Under the pieces are notes generated by a model. That model searched no databases and had not been told where the DNA came from. It worked only from the letters and a program-made list of their open reading frames with translations. Both the position numbers and the translations under genes were made by a program. DNA of 64,000 nucleotides from a virus (taxonomy: Duplodnaviria; Caudoviricetes): positions 32,001 through 96,000 of the IMG/VR virus record IMGVR_UViG_3300020577_004340; one strand, 5' to 3'. Below, one piece after another: positions 50,209-58,501 of the stretch; position 1 is the stretch's first letter; each line of letters begins with the position of its first letter.

Positions 50209-50424
50209 ATGGGAAAACGAAAACAGACATTTCGCCAAGGAAATTTGTTATATAATACAGTAGATAATTATTTTTGTATTTATATACAAAAAAATACTAA
50301 ATTTAATTATCATCATATATTTCAGTTGGAAGAAGGTAATATTGTTGGGATGTACGTAGTAAAGGGGACAGAACTCACTATACCAAATACAATACCAGAA
50401 TATTTAAATCATTTAATTAATTAA
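50209..50424 (+). CDS. hypothetical protein
   Basis: ORF. Confidence 0.45.
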   Translation: MGKRKQTFRQGNLLYNTVDNYFCIYIQKNTKFNYHHIFQLEEGNIVGMYVVKGTELTIPNTIPEYLNHLIN

Positions 50425-50426
50425 TT

Positions 50427-51240
50427 ATGGGAAAAAAACAGTATATTACTAGAAAAGGGAATTTTGATTCGGGGCATCGTGTTATGAACGAACGTCTTAA
50501 ATGTTTTCATGTCCATTTTTAATTGATGGTGGACACTAAATTGGGTGAATTGCTGGAACGCTAAGTTATTTAATATGCCAATCAGCAGCCAAGACTAACT
50601 TAGGTTTAAAGAGTTAGTAAGGTTCAGAGACTAGGAAGTGAGCCTAACAATATTCTTCCCACGAGCGCCCAACACTTATTAATAGGTGATGATATAGTCC
50701 GAACTTATAAGAAATTATAAGAAGTGAATGATAAAGAACTTTCACGATAACATTTTGGGTCATACGTATTTGTATCAATTAACTTTTTCCTTTAATTCCA
50801 TGGAAGAAATTGGTTATGCAATTGATTTTAAAGAAATCAAAAGAGTAATGTGTCAATGGATAGACGATTATTTAGATCACGGTATAATTTTAAATCCACA
50901 TGATTCAGTATTAATATCAGCTGCTGCAGAGTTAGGCAGTAAAATGTGGTTAATGTCCCTAAATGGGATTGGCGAATATTGTAACCCATCAGTAGAGAAT
51001 ATCGCTAAAGAAGTGTGCATTGCAATTGATACTTTGACGAGACTTTTATATGCCAAATCCTCTACTAAATTAACTTTACATAAAGTTAAAATATATGAAA
51101 CACCTAATTGTTTTACTACAATTAAAAGAGAAGATATACCTAAAAGTGAAGTGAATAATTTTTTAGATAAAAACATGCAATTTCTTGTTGATTATGCTAA
51201 AGAAAAGGGTGTTGTTCAATACGATGATAGAAAATTGTAA
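50427..51240 (+). CDS. queD: 6-carboxytetrahydropterin synthase, spliced: join(50427..50516,50758..51240), 190 aa
   Basis: Exon 1 FDSGHR......KC..VH plus exon 2 GHTY...IDF..IK......LDH...NPS.ENIA...YETP rebuilds CxxxHGH. Confidence 0.9.
50517..50757 (+). ncRNA. group I self-splicing intron (IA-like, 241 nt, no ORF)
   Basis: P1 TGTCCAT/GTGGACA with U.G at the splice site; P3 TTGGGTG/CGCCCAA; P AATTGCTGGAA; Q AATCAGCAGC; R TCAGAGACTA; S GATATAGTCC; terminal G. Confidence 0.92.
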
Positions 51241-51263
51241 TTTTTAATATTAAAATAAAAAAG

Positions 51264-51476
51264 ATGGAAAAATTTTATGAAGTAAAAGTGGTGGTTAAAA
51301 CTGAAAATGACAAGGGTGGATTAAAAAAATCAACTGAAACTTTTTTAGTTAGTGCTGTAGGTGTTACCGATGCTGAAGTTATCATTACTAAAGATTTTGA
51401 AGGTGATAGGAGAGAATGGGAAATTTCTGCTGTAAGAGAAACCAAAATAATTAAGGTATTATCTGCAAATGAGTAA
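51264..51476 (+). CDS. DUF4494-like small protein
   Basis: F.E.KV.....G..KK..E..LV.A...T.AE...I.AV.ET.I..V. Confidence 0.65.
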   Translation: MEKFYEVKVVVKTENDKGGLKKSTETFLVSAVGVTDAEVIITKDFEGDRREWEISAVRETKIIKVLSANE

Positions 51477-52521
51477 GAGAATATATATCTTCGATAATTC
51501 AACTTCTGGACTAAGATATAATATTCAATGGAGTAAGTTTATTCCAGATGAATTACAATCTTGGGGTTATGAAGTTCAGGTTATAAGTGGCCTTGAATTA
51601 AATTACCATAAGTTGGGTTATCGAGGAAATATATTAAATAGTGGCGCCCTAATAACTAATTTAGGGAATCTATTATTGGAAAGTAATTTAACTGAAAAAA
51701 GTATTTTTATATTCCCTGAAGCAAGAAATCCAATGGTCATTTATCTTAATGAATTACGTCAAATGTATGATTTAGATATTACAATTATTGGGTGGTGGAA
51801 TGACCATACATTCAATACCGATGGGAATATACGAAAACAATTTTCCAGAAGAAAACGAGATTGGACGGTTAAAGTTGATAGAGCCTTAATGTCGGCATAT
51901 GATTATAATATGTGTTACACAGATCGACAATATAAGGTATTAAGTTACAACAACCGCCATGAAAAGAATATATATAAATGTTGTTTGCCATTATCGAGTA
52001 TCAATGGAGAAAATGTAGATAGATTGTTAGGATATGATTATACAAAGGAAGACAGAATTATCATTAATACTAATTTTAACAATCGTTATGACCCTGATTT
52101 TATAAAGACATTACAGTTATTATATAAAGATTATGAATTTCATGTAGTACACGAACAGAATTTAACATATAAAGAATATTATCAGATTGTACGTAAGAGT
52201 AAACTTTGTATTAATGTTAATCAGACTGATACTACACCTTGGTCAATTTATGAAAATTTAGTTTTAGGAGCAATTCCAATACTACCTGCCACTGAATTAT
52301 ACACACATATATTTTCAGAAAAACAATGTTTATTTTTTAAAAAACACTTGATGAAAAAACCTTATATTAAATACATGAGAAACACTGAACATATTACAGA
52401 ATATGTTAAACGTTTATTAACCGATTATGACGATATGTATGCGCAATTGGATATTCAAAGCATCCATGACGCATATTTCAATTCAAACGATTTAAAACAG
52501 ATTTTAAATGAGCTTAAATAG
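51469..52521 (+). CDS. divergent GT-B glycosyltransferase-like protein (probable paralog of 43224)
   Basis: LRY..QW N-terminus; LT..EYY....KSK...DT....IYE...LG.IPILP...Y..F matches the 43224 C-terminus. Confidence 0.6.
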   Translation: MSKRIYIFDNSTSGLRYNIQWSKFIPDELQSWGYEVQVISGLELNYHKLGYRGNILNSGALITNLGNLLLESNLTEKSIFIFPEARNPMVIYLNELRQMYDLDITIIGWWNDHTFNTDGNIRKQFSRRKRDWTVKVDRALMSAYDYNMCYTDRQYKVLSYNNRHEKNIYKCCLPLSSINGENVDRLLGYDYTKEDRIIINTNFNNRYDPDFIKTLQLLYKDYEFHVVHEQNLTYKEYYQIVRKSKLCINVNQTDTTPWSIYENLVLGAIPILPATELYTHIFSEKQCLFFKKHLMKKPYIKYMRNTEHITEYVKRLLTDYDDMYAQLDIQSIHDAYFNSNDLKQILNELK

Positions 52522-53140
52522 AAACATTGAAAATACCTTATGGGTAGAAAAATACAGACCAAAAACAATGGACGATTATGTTGGTAATCAATCGATAATC
52601 GATACTATTAAAACGTATATTGAGAATGATGATATTCCAAATCTATTATTATATGGTAGTGCAGGAACTGGTAAGACAACGTTGGGAAAAATCGTAACTA
52701 ATACACTTGATTGTGATTGTCTATATATAAATGCGTCCGATGAAAATAATATTGATACTGTTCGAGATAAGATTAAATCATTTGTTAGCTCAATTGGTTT
52801 TAAGAAATGGAAATTGGTATTTTTAGACGAATGTTTAGAAGCGGGTACATTAGTTCGTATCTTGAGAAATGGGGGTGAAATATCCATACCAATTGAAGAT
52901 TTGGACCCAATTAATGATTTAGTTAAATCATTTAATGTTGATACAAAATGTATTGAGTGGGTTCCGTTTACATTGTATTACAAAGATATACAGAATATTT
53001 GGGAAATTGAATTAGAGAATGGATTTATTATTAGATGTACAGATGACCATAAATGGTATGTATTAGATGACGTTGGAGAGACGATAGTAGTAAAAACGAT
53101 TGATTTACATAAATATGACCATATATTAAGTCCAAAGTAA
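52508..53140 (+). CDS. clamp loader large subunit (gp44/RFC), N part fused to split intein N (52832-53137)
   Basis: LWVEKYRP, G.AGTGKTT, NASD, VFLDE then CLEAGT...CTDDHKW. Confidence 0.93.
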   Translation: MSLNRNIENTLWVEKYRPKTMDDYVGNQSIIDTIKTYIENDDIPNLLLYGSAGTGKTTLGKIVTNTLDCDCLYINASDENNIDTVRDKIKSFVSSIGFKKWKLVFLDECLEAGTLVRILRNGGEISIPIEDLDPINDLVKSFNVDTKCIEWVPFTLYYKDIQNIWEIELENGFIIRCTDDHKWYVLDDVGETIVVKTIDLHKYDHILSPK

Positions 53141-53181
53141 TACATATAAATTTAAAAACATGTTGTATATGTGGTGTTGGT

Positions 53182-54420
53182 ATGACTAAAAATCATTTAC
53201 GTCGGCATAACATATCTAGACGGGAGTATTATGATTTATATGTAAAGAGTGATACTGAAGGTATTTGTAATGGGTGTGGAATACCAACACAATTCATTAG
53301 CTGTACCTTTGGATATATAAATAATTGTATATTATGTTCTAACCGTTTAATAGGAAAAAACAAAGCGGATACAAATAAAAAGAAATTAATAAAATGTACA
53401 TGTAAAATATGTAATACAGAATTTTTAAATAAAATTTTTAGAAATATATGTACTAGTCGTAAATGTCGAATATACATTCAAACATGTCCAATAGATGATT
53501 ATACAAAGGTATCGTTCATTGAATATATGAGTTGCCCATATTGTAATAAAAAATTTAATAAGTTATCCGGTTTCAAAACTCATTTACGTACTCATTTTTC
53601 GTTCGAACGCGTGCCTGAGATTCTACAATATATTGGAATGTCCGTTTGGAAAACGGCTATACCAAAATGTAAATATTGTAATAATTTATTTATTGAAAAA
53701 TATTCCGATAAATTCTACAATTCAGTTGGACAATGTTGTCCGGAGTGTTTTGAGTCCAAGATATGGTTATCTAATGAATTTCGTGACAGAAAGGCGATAG
53801 GTAAAAAAATTGGGGAAACTAGAAAAATTACCAATAAAACTGAAAGAGGTAAAGCTATTCTGAAGAGAGTTGGCGAAATAAATTCCAAGAAAATGCAGTT
53901 ATATTTAAAAACTGATATTGGTAAAGAATCTATGTTATTACGTGCGAAGAAGAATTCAATTAAGATGAAGAAGAATATTGCAAATGGCAAATTCACTCCA
54001 TGTATTACAAATTCTTGGACACATTGGAAATCACAGATAATTTTAGAAGACGGTACAATTAAAAAATTTAGAAGTAGTTGGGAAGCATGTGTATGGAATA
54101 GTAATAGGCATTTGGAGTATGAAACAATTAGGATACCATATCAATACAATGAAGACACTAAAAATTATGTTGCTGATTTTTACGACAAAGAAACCAATAC
54201 TATATATGAAATAAAACCAAAAAAGACTTGGGATAAAGTTCATACTAAAATGGAACAGGTGATATTTTATTGTTCAGAAAAAAAGATTAATTTTATTTGG
54301 ATAAATGAAGATAATATATTATCTTATATAAACACTTTAGATTTTGAAGGTGAGAATTTAACACAATTAAATAAATTATACAATGGAATTACAACAAATA
54401 AAAATAAAAACAATAACTAA
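53182..54420 (+). CDS. free-standing endonuclease (Zn fingers plus TnsA-like PD-(D/E)XK domain) between intein halves
   Basis: Many CxxC motifs; FRSSWE...LEYE..RIPY......Y..DF......EIKP. Confidence 0.8.
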   Translation: MTKNHLRRHNISRREYYDLYVKSDTEGICNGCGIPTQFISCTFGYINNCILCSNRLIGKNKADTNKKKLIKCTCKICNTEFLNKIFRNICTSRKCRIYIQTCPIDDYTKVSFIEYMSCPYCNKKFNKLSGFKTHLRTHFSFERVPEILQYIGMSVWKTAIPKCKYCNNLFIEKYSDKFYNSVGQCCPECFESKIWLSNEFRDRKAIGKKIGETRKITNKTERGKAILKRVGEINSKKMQLYLKTDIGKESMLLRAKKNSIKMKKNIANGKFTPCITNSWTHWKSQIILEDGTIKKFRSSWEACVWNSNRHLEYETIRIPYQYNEDTKNYVADFYDKETNTIYEIKPKKTWDKVHTKMEQVIFYCSEKKINFIWINEDNILSYINTLDFEGENLTQLNKLYNGITTNKNKNNN

Positions 54421-55123
54421 TACACAAACAAGTTCGCCTGTTTATGATTTAACTGTTCCGTCGAATCATAATTTTTTTATTGGAGAGTCGGGGGACATAT
54501 TAACCCACAATTGTGATTATTTGACGACCAATGCCCAATCAGCATTAAGAAATTTAATAGAAACATTTTCTAAGAATTCACGTTTCATTTTAACATGTAA
54601 TTATGTCGAAAAGATATTAGACCCTATACAAAGTCGGTGCACAGCATTTCAAATTCATCCCCCGACACAACAAGATATCGCAAAAAGATTGTTTACAATA
54701 TGTAAGGCAGAAGATATTAAATGTGAATTACCAGATATAGTAACAATTGTTAAAAAGACGTATCCAGATATTAGAAGATCTATAATGTCATTGCAACAGC
54801 AAAGTATTTCAGGTGAATTGAAATTGAATAATGATTTGTTGTTGGAAACTGGCTATCTTGGATTAATATTGACTGAACTATGTAATATTAAAGACCCGAA
54901 GACAACATACAAAAATATACGAAAGATAATTGCCGATTCTAAAGTTAGAACATTTGAATCTTTATACAGATTTTTATATGATAATTTAGATTCTTACAGT
55001 AAAGCAAACCAAGCAAACATTATATTAATAATTGCAAGATATCAATATCAAGATTCGTTCGTTGTTGACAAGGAGATAAATGTAATGGCAATGCTACTAG
55101 AAATATTTTCGGAACTAAAATAA
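54383..55123 (+). CDS. split intein C (54383-54511) fused to the C part of the clamp loader
   Basis: VYDLTV..NHNFF......THN then CDYLT..AQ.ALR..IE.FS, TCNY, SRC motif. Confidence 0.93.
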   Translation: MELQQIKIKTITNTQTSSPVYDLTVPSNHNFFIGESGDILTHNCDYLTTNAQSALRNLIETFSKNSRFILTCNYVEKILDPIQSRCTAFQIHPPTQQDIAKRLFTICKAEDIKCELPDIVTIVKKTYPDIRRSIMSLQQQSISGELKLNNDLLLETGYLGLILTELCNIKDPKTTYKNIRKIIADSKVRTFESLYRFLYDNLDSYSKANQANIILIIARYQYQDSFVVDKEINVMAMLLEIFSELK

Positions 55124-55132
55124 AAAACTATT

Positions 55133-55351
55133 ATGACACCTGATATGTTAATGACCCACGCCAATGACGTGGAATGTAAGAATTGTAAATCTATATTCTT
55201 TACCCAAGAATTTTTATTAAAGAGAGTATCAAAATTTGTAACTGCACAAGAAAAGGATACTGTAATGCCAATACCAGTATTTAGATGTAGTAATTGTTTA
55301 GCGCCCCTAGAGTTGTATGATGAAACAAATCCATCGGATTTAATTAATTAA
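55133..55351 (+). CDS. small Zn-ribbon protein
   Basis: CKNC...CSNC. Confidence 0.65.
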   Translation: MTPDMLMTHANDVECKNCKSIFFTQEFLLKRVSKFVTAQEKDTVMPIPVFRCSNCLAPLELYDETNPSDLIN

Positions 55352-55356
55352 AAAAT

Positions 55357-55806
55357 ATGAGTAAAAGTATATTTGAATTCATTTCGGATATTTTTGAAAA
55401 AAAAACACCTTGGGCTGATTTAACAGAAAGTGATCGAAAATCATTTAATACATATATGCTTAATCGATGGATATCCATGAATCCAGATTATACAGAATTT
55501 ATTAATATGATTCAACAATATTCAATAGGAGTGTTGAATGCCAGAGAGGTGTATAAACTTTATCAAGATATTCTACCTAAAACTAAATTTTATGTTAAAT
55601 ATGTTAAAGGGGATGGCGTTAATAAAGATTTTAATGATAATTTAATTGAGTTTATAGCAAATAAAATGGAATGGTCTCAATATCGAACCGTTCAGTATTT
55701 AGAGTTATTAAAAATGTTGGACACTGATAATAATATCCTAAAAGAATTTATTGGAAAATATGGTTTTGATGCACCCACATTGAAAAAACAATTTGGTTTA
55801 AAATAA
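55357..55806 (+). CDS. clamp loader small subunit (gp62-like)
   Basis: F.FI..I..K...F..YM.NR..S......N..Q; next to gp44. Confidence 0.6.
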   Translation: MSKSIFEFISDIFEKKTPWADLTESDRKSFNTYMLNRWISMNPDYTEFINMIQQYSIGVLNAREVYKLYQDILPKTKFYVKYVKGDGVNKDFNDNLIEFIANKMEWSQYRTVQYLELLKMLDTDNNILKEFIGKYGFDAPTLKKQFGLK

Positions 55807-55812
55807 AATAAT

Positions 55813-56775
55813 ATGGATGAAAAGGATTCGATAAAATATGCTTCGGGTATCTTTGCAATTAAACCTAAGCCAATCGATTGGTCGTGTGAAAAAATAGTTT
55901 CTTTTTCTCAATTTTCGTCTTTTAATTCATGCCCCAAAAAATGGGCATTGCGATATATTCATCGTCACAAATTACCATCAGAATCAATTGATTTAGTATA
56001 TGGTACTGCTGTACACTATGTGATTCAACTATATATCAAAACTATGTTTTTAGAAACAATTAAAAAGGCGAATGAACTAGATTTAAATGATATATTGTTA
56101 AACAAATTAAAATCAGAGTATAAACTAAGAGTAGAAATCAATGGGGGGCATTTTTCAACACCAACAGAATTGGCGACATATTATTCATATGGAGTAGAAG
56201 TGTTAAATTATCTTAAAAAGCATAGAGCTAAATATTTTACAACTAAAAATACTAAATTAATTGGAATTGAATTGCCTATAAGTACGATATCTACACCGGA
56301 TAGACCTTTCACTAGATTAGAATGTCATTTAGATTTAGTATTATATAATACAGTTATTGATAAATATTCAATAATAGATTTCAAGACATCCAGACGTGGA
56401 TGGAATGAATATAAAAAGAAAGACAAAAACACCACCAATCAATTGGTGTTGTATAAGAAATTCTTTTGTGAAACATACAATATAGACTATGATAAGGTTG
56501 ATGTACAATATTTTATATTGAAATCAGAAATTGATGCAAATTCATTGTGGCCACAAAAAAGAATACAAGAATTCAATCCTTCACACGGTAAGATTTCAAT
56601 GGGAAATGTATATAAAGAATTTAAATTATTCATAGAATCTTGTTTCAATCGCGATGGCACATATAATATTAATAGAAATTACCCAGCATTTGCTAGTAAG
56701 GGTGGTTATAATTGTTCATTTTGTCCATATCTAGATCGAGATGATTTATGTCCAAAAAATAATAGAATTACTTAA
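55813..56775 (+). CDS. PD-(D/E)XK nuclease (RecB/Cas4-like)
   Basis: SFSQ.....CP, GTAVH, DL........IIDFKTS, QL.LY, C.FC.Y...C. Confidence 0.85.
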   Translation: MDEKDSIKYASGIFAIKPKPIDWSCEKIVSFSQFSSFNSCPKKWALRYIHRHKLPSESIDLVYGTAVHYVIQLYIKTMFLETIKKANELDLNDILLNKLKSEYKLRVEINGGHFSTPTELATYYSYGVEVLNYLKKHRAKYFTTKNTKLIGIELPISTISTPDRPFTRLECHLDLVLYNTVIDKYSIIDFKTSRRGWNEYKKKDKNTTNQLVLYKKFFCETYNIDYDKVDVQYFILKSEIDANSLWPQKRIQEFNPSHGKISMGNVYKEFKLFIESCFNRDGTYNINRNYPAFASKGGYNCSFCPYLDRDDLCPKNNRIT

Positions 56776-57179
56776 TGGAACATATTGCTATATTCGGGAC
56801 GACTACATATTTCAAAAAAAGTAGTATTATATCTTTGTTAGCTAAATTGAAAAAAACCTATGGGCCAAAATATTTGACTATTAATACGAGTGGTAACCAA
56901 GAAGGGGCTGACCCGATAATTAAGAAAATATCATTGGAATTGGGATTTTATGTAAAAGAATATAACCCAAGCTATACAGGGTATCACATGTATTCAGCTG
57001 AATCAAGGGAATATTATGGAAAATCGTTCCATATATCACATATATATCATCGGTATAATCAATTATTTAGAAACAGTACGAAAATAATAATATTTGCTGA
57101 AAAAAGTACACATCCCGAATTAAAAATTCCAATGGGGATTCTAACAAAATACAATATTCCTATAATTATAATTAATTAA
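56775..57179 (+). CDS. SLOG/YspA-like protein
   Basis: IAI.G, SG...GAD, R... Confidence 0.5.
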   Translation: MEHIAIFGTTTYFKKSSIISLLAKLKKTYGPKYLTINTSGNQEGADPIIKKISLELGFYVKEYNPSYTGYHMYSAESREYYGKSFHISHIYHRYNQLFRNSTKIIIFAEKSTHPELKIPMGILTKYNIPIIIIN

Positions 57180-57192
57180 GGGAGTATGACAC

Positions 57193-57969
57193 ATGAGACC
57201 ACTGTTGATATTATTGATAATATTTAATTGCATTGCTTGCATAAAGAATACGAATACTACATCTGTTAAATCGGAATATTATAATAATAGTATTATTGAT
57301 ACTCCTCCATTGGAAAGTAAGACTATAACAATTAAAATTAAATATCATTATTTAATTAATACCGATGCTATTATTAATTATGATGGGTTAATGAGAAGGG
57401 TTAATTTATATAATAATAATTTAAATTTAGCATTTAAAAATGTCATTAATTTTAAATGGAATCAAGAAATTTTAATTCATCCATTTGACACATTAACTCT
57501 TAATAATTTATATAACGAATCAATGATTAATAGTGCACACAATATATATGATTCCACTATTAAATCATACAGTCAAACTGGTTATTACAATGTTTATATT
57601 GTTAGGACAAATTTCAATGTATTCGGGGATATTTTATTAGGATTTACTCCGGTGTTAAATTCACCCGACACAACAGATTATTCGGCACTTATGCCTAGGT
57701 TTGACAATACATTTATAGCATATGAATCTATAGTTGATGATGAATATCTTACTGAAAATACATTAATCCATGAAACAGGGCATTGGTTGTCATTAGACCA
57801 CCCATGGGAATTATCGGATTCAATGAAAGTTATTATGGGGTTGAATTCGAAAAGTAAATATTGTATTAATTATATGAATTATAATTGTTATACTTCAGAA
57901 TTTACCAATCAACAATTAAATAAAATGTATTATTTTGCAAAAAACTATCGAAAATATTTGGTTAATTGA
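57193..57969 (+). CDS. exported Zn metallopeptidase (M43/pappalysin-like), probable lipoprotein
   Basis: Signal peptide with IAC; HETGHWLSLDH; NYMNY Met-turn; FT.QQ..KM. Confidence 0.8.
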   Translation: MRPLLILLIIFNCIACIKNTNTTSVKSEYYNNSIIDTPPLESKTITIKIKYHYLINTDAIINYDGLMRRVNLYNNNLNLAFKNVINFKWNQEILIHPFDTLTLNNLYNESMINSAHNIYDSTIKSYSQTGYYNVYIVRTNFNVFGDILLGFTPVLNSPDTTDYSALMPRFDNTFIAYESIVDDEYLTENTLIHETGHWLSLDHPWELSDSMKVIMGLNSKSKYCINYMNYNCYTSEFTNQQLNKMYYFAKNYRKYLVN

Positions 57970-57988
57970 TAAAAAAATTGTATATTAA
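57957..57988 (+). promoter_or_regulatory. variant Bacteroidota-type promoter
   Basis: TTTG-N20-TATATTAA. Confidence 0.5.
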
Positions 57989-57991
57989 TAT

Positions 57992-58501
57992 ATGACACAT
58001 GAATATAATTGTTTAATGTTATCAGTTGGATTTACTAATTGGGATGTTTGGAAAAATCGCTTACCATATTCCATATTGTATTCACCGGATGACCCATCAT
58101 ACGGCTTAGAAACATCCCCACATATTACAATTTGTTATGGGTTACATCTACATATTACACCGGAAATGATAACAGAAAAGTTACCACAATTAATTGATTT
58201 AAATGATATATATCTAACAGGTATTTCGACTTTTCCAACTGATAAAGGTTATACAGTATTAAAATTTGATGTTGACTCACAAAGTTTAAAAAATTTAAAT
58301 TCAACATTAATAGAATCATTTCCTTGTTTTGTACAATTTCCGATTTACAAACCACATGTTACAATTGGATTTATCGACTCTAAATTTGACACACAAATAC
58401 AAAAATTTATAGGAATATTTGACCCAATACAAATTATTCCAAAAAATTATAATTATAATTACAAAGGGACTAAAAATATATTATATGCAGGGAACAATTA
58501 A
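57992..58501 (+). CDS. 2H phosphoesterase (Acb1/gp57B-like)
   Basis: G.E..PHITI.YGL and Y.PHVTI paired HxT motifs. Confidence 0.75.
   Translation: MTHEYNCLMLSVGFTNWDVWKNRLPYSILYSPDDPSYGLETSPHITICYGLHLHITPEMITEKLPQLIDLNDIYLTGISTFPTDKGYTVLKFDVDSQSLKNLNSTLIESFPCFVQFPIYKPHVTIGFIDSKFDTQIQKFIGIFDPIQIIPKNYNYNYKGTKNILYAGNN

Noticed and set aside
49998-50255. Overlapping 85-aa + strand ORF
   Set aside because: Overlaps the HPRT-like gene; at most a short peptide from about 50088, with no support
50728-50757. ORF-track start MIKNFHDNIL for QueD
   Set aside because: These codons are the intron 3' end; the real N-terminus is exon 1 at 50427
55813-56775. Cas4-like nuclease as a sign of CRISPR
   Set aside because: No repeat-spacer array or other cas genes seen; solo nucleases of this type are common in phage replication modules
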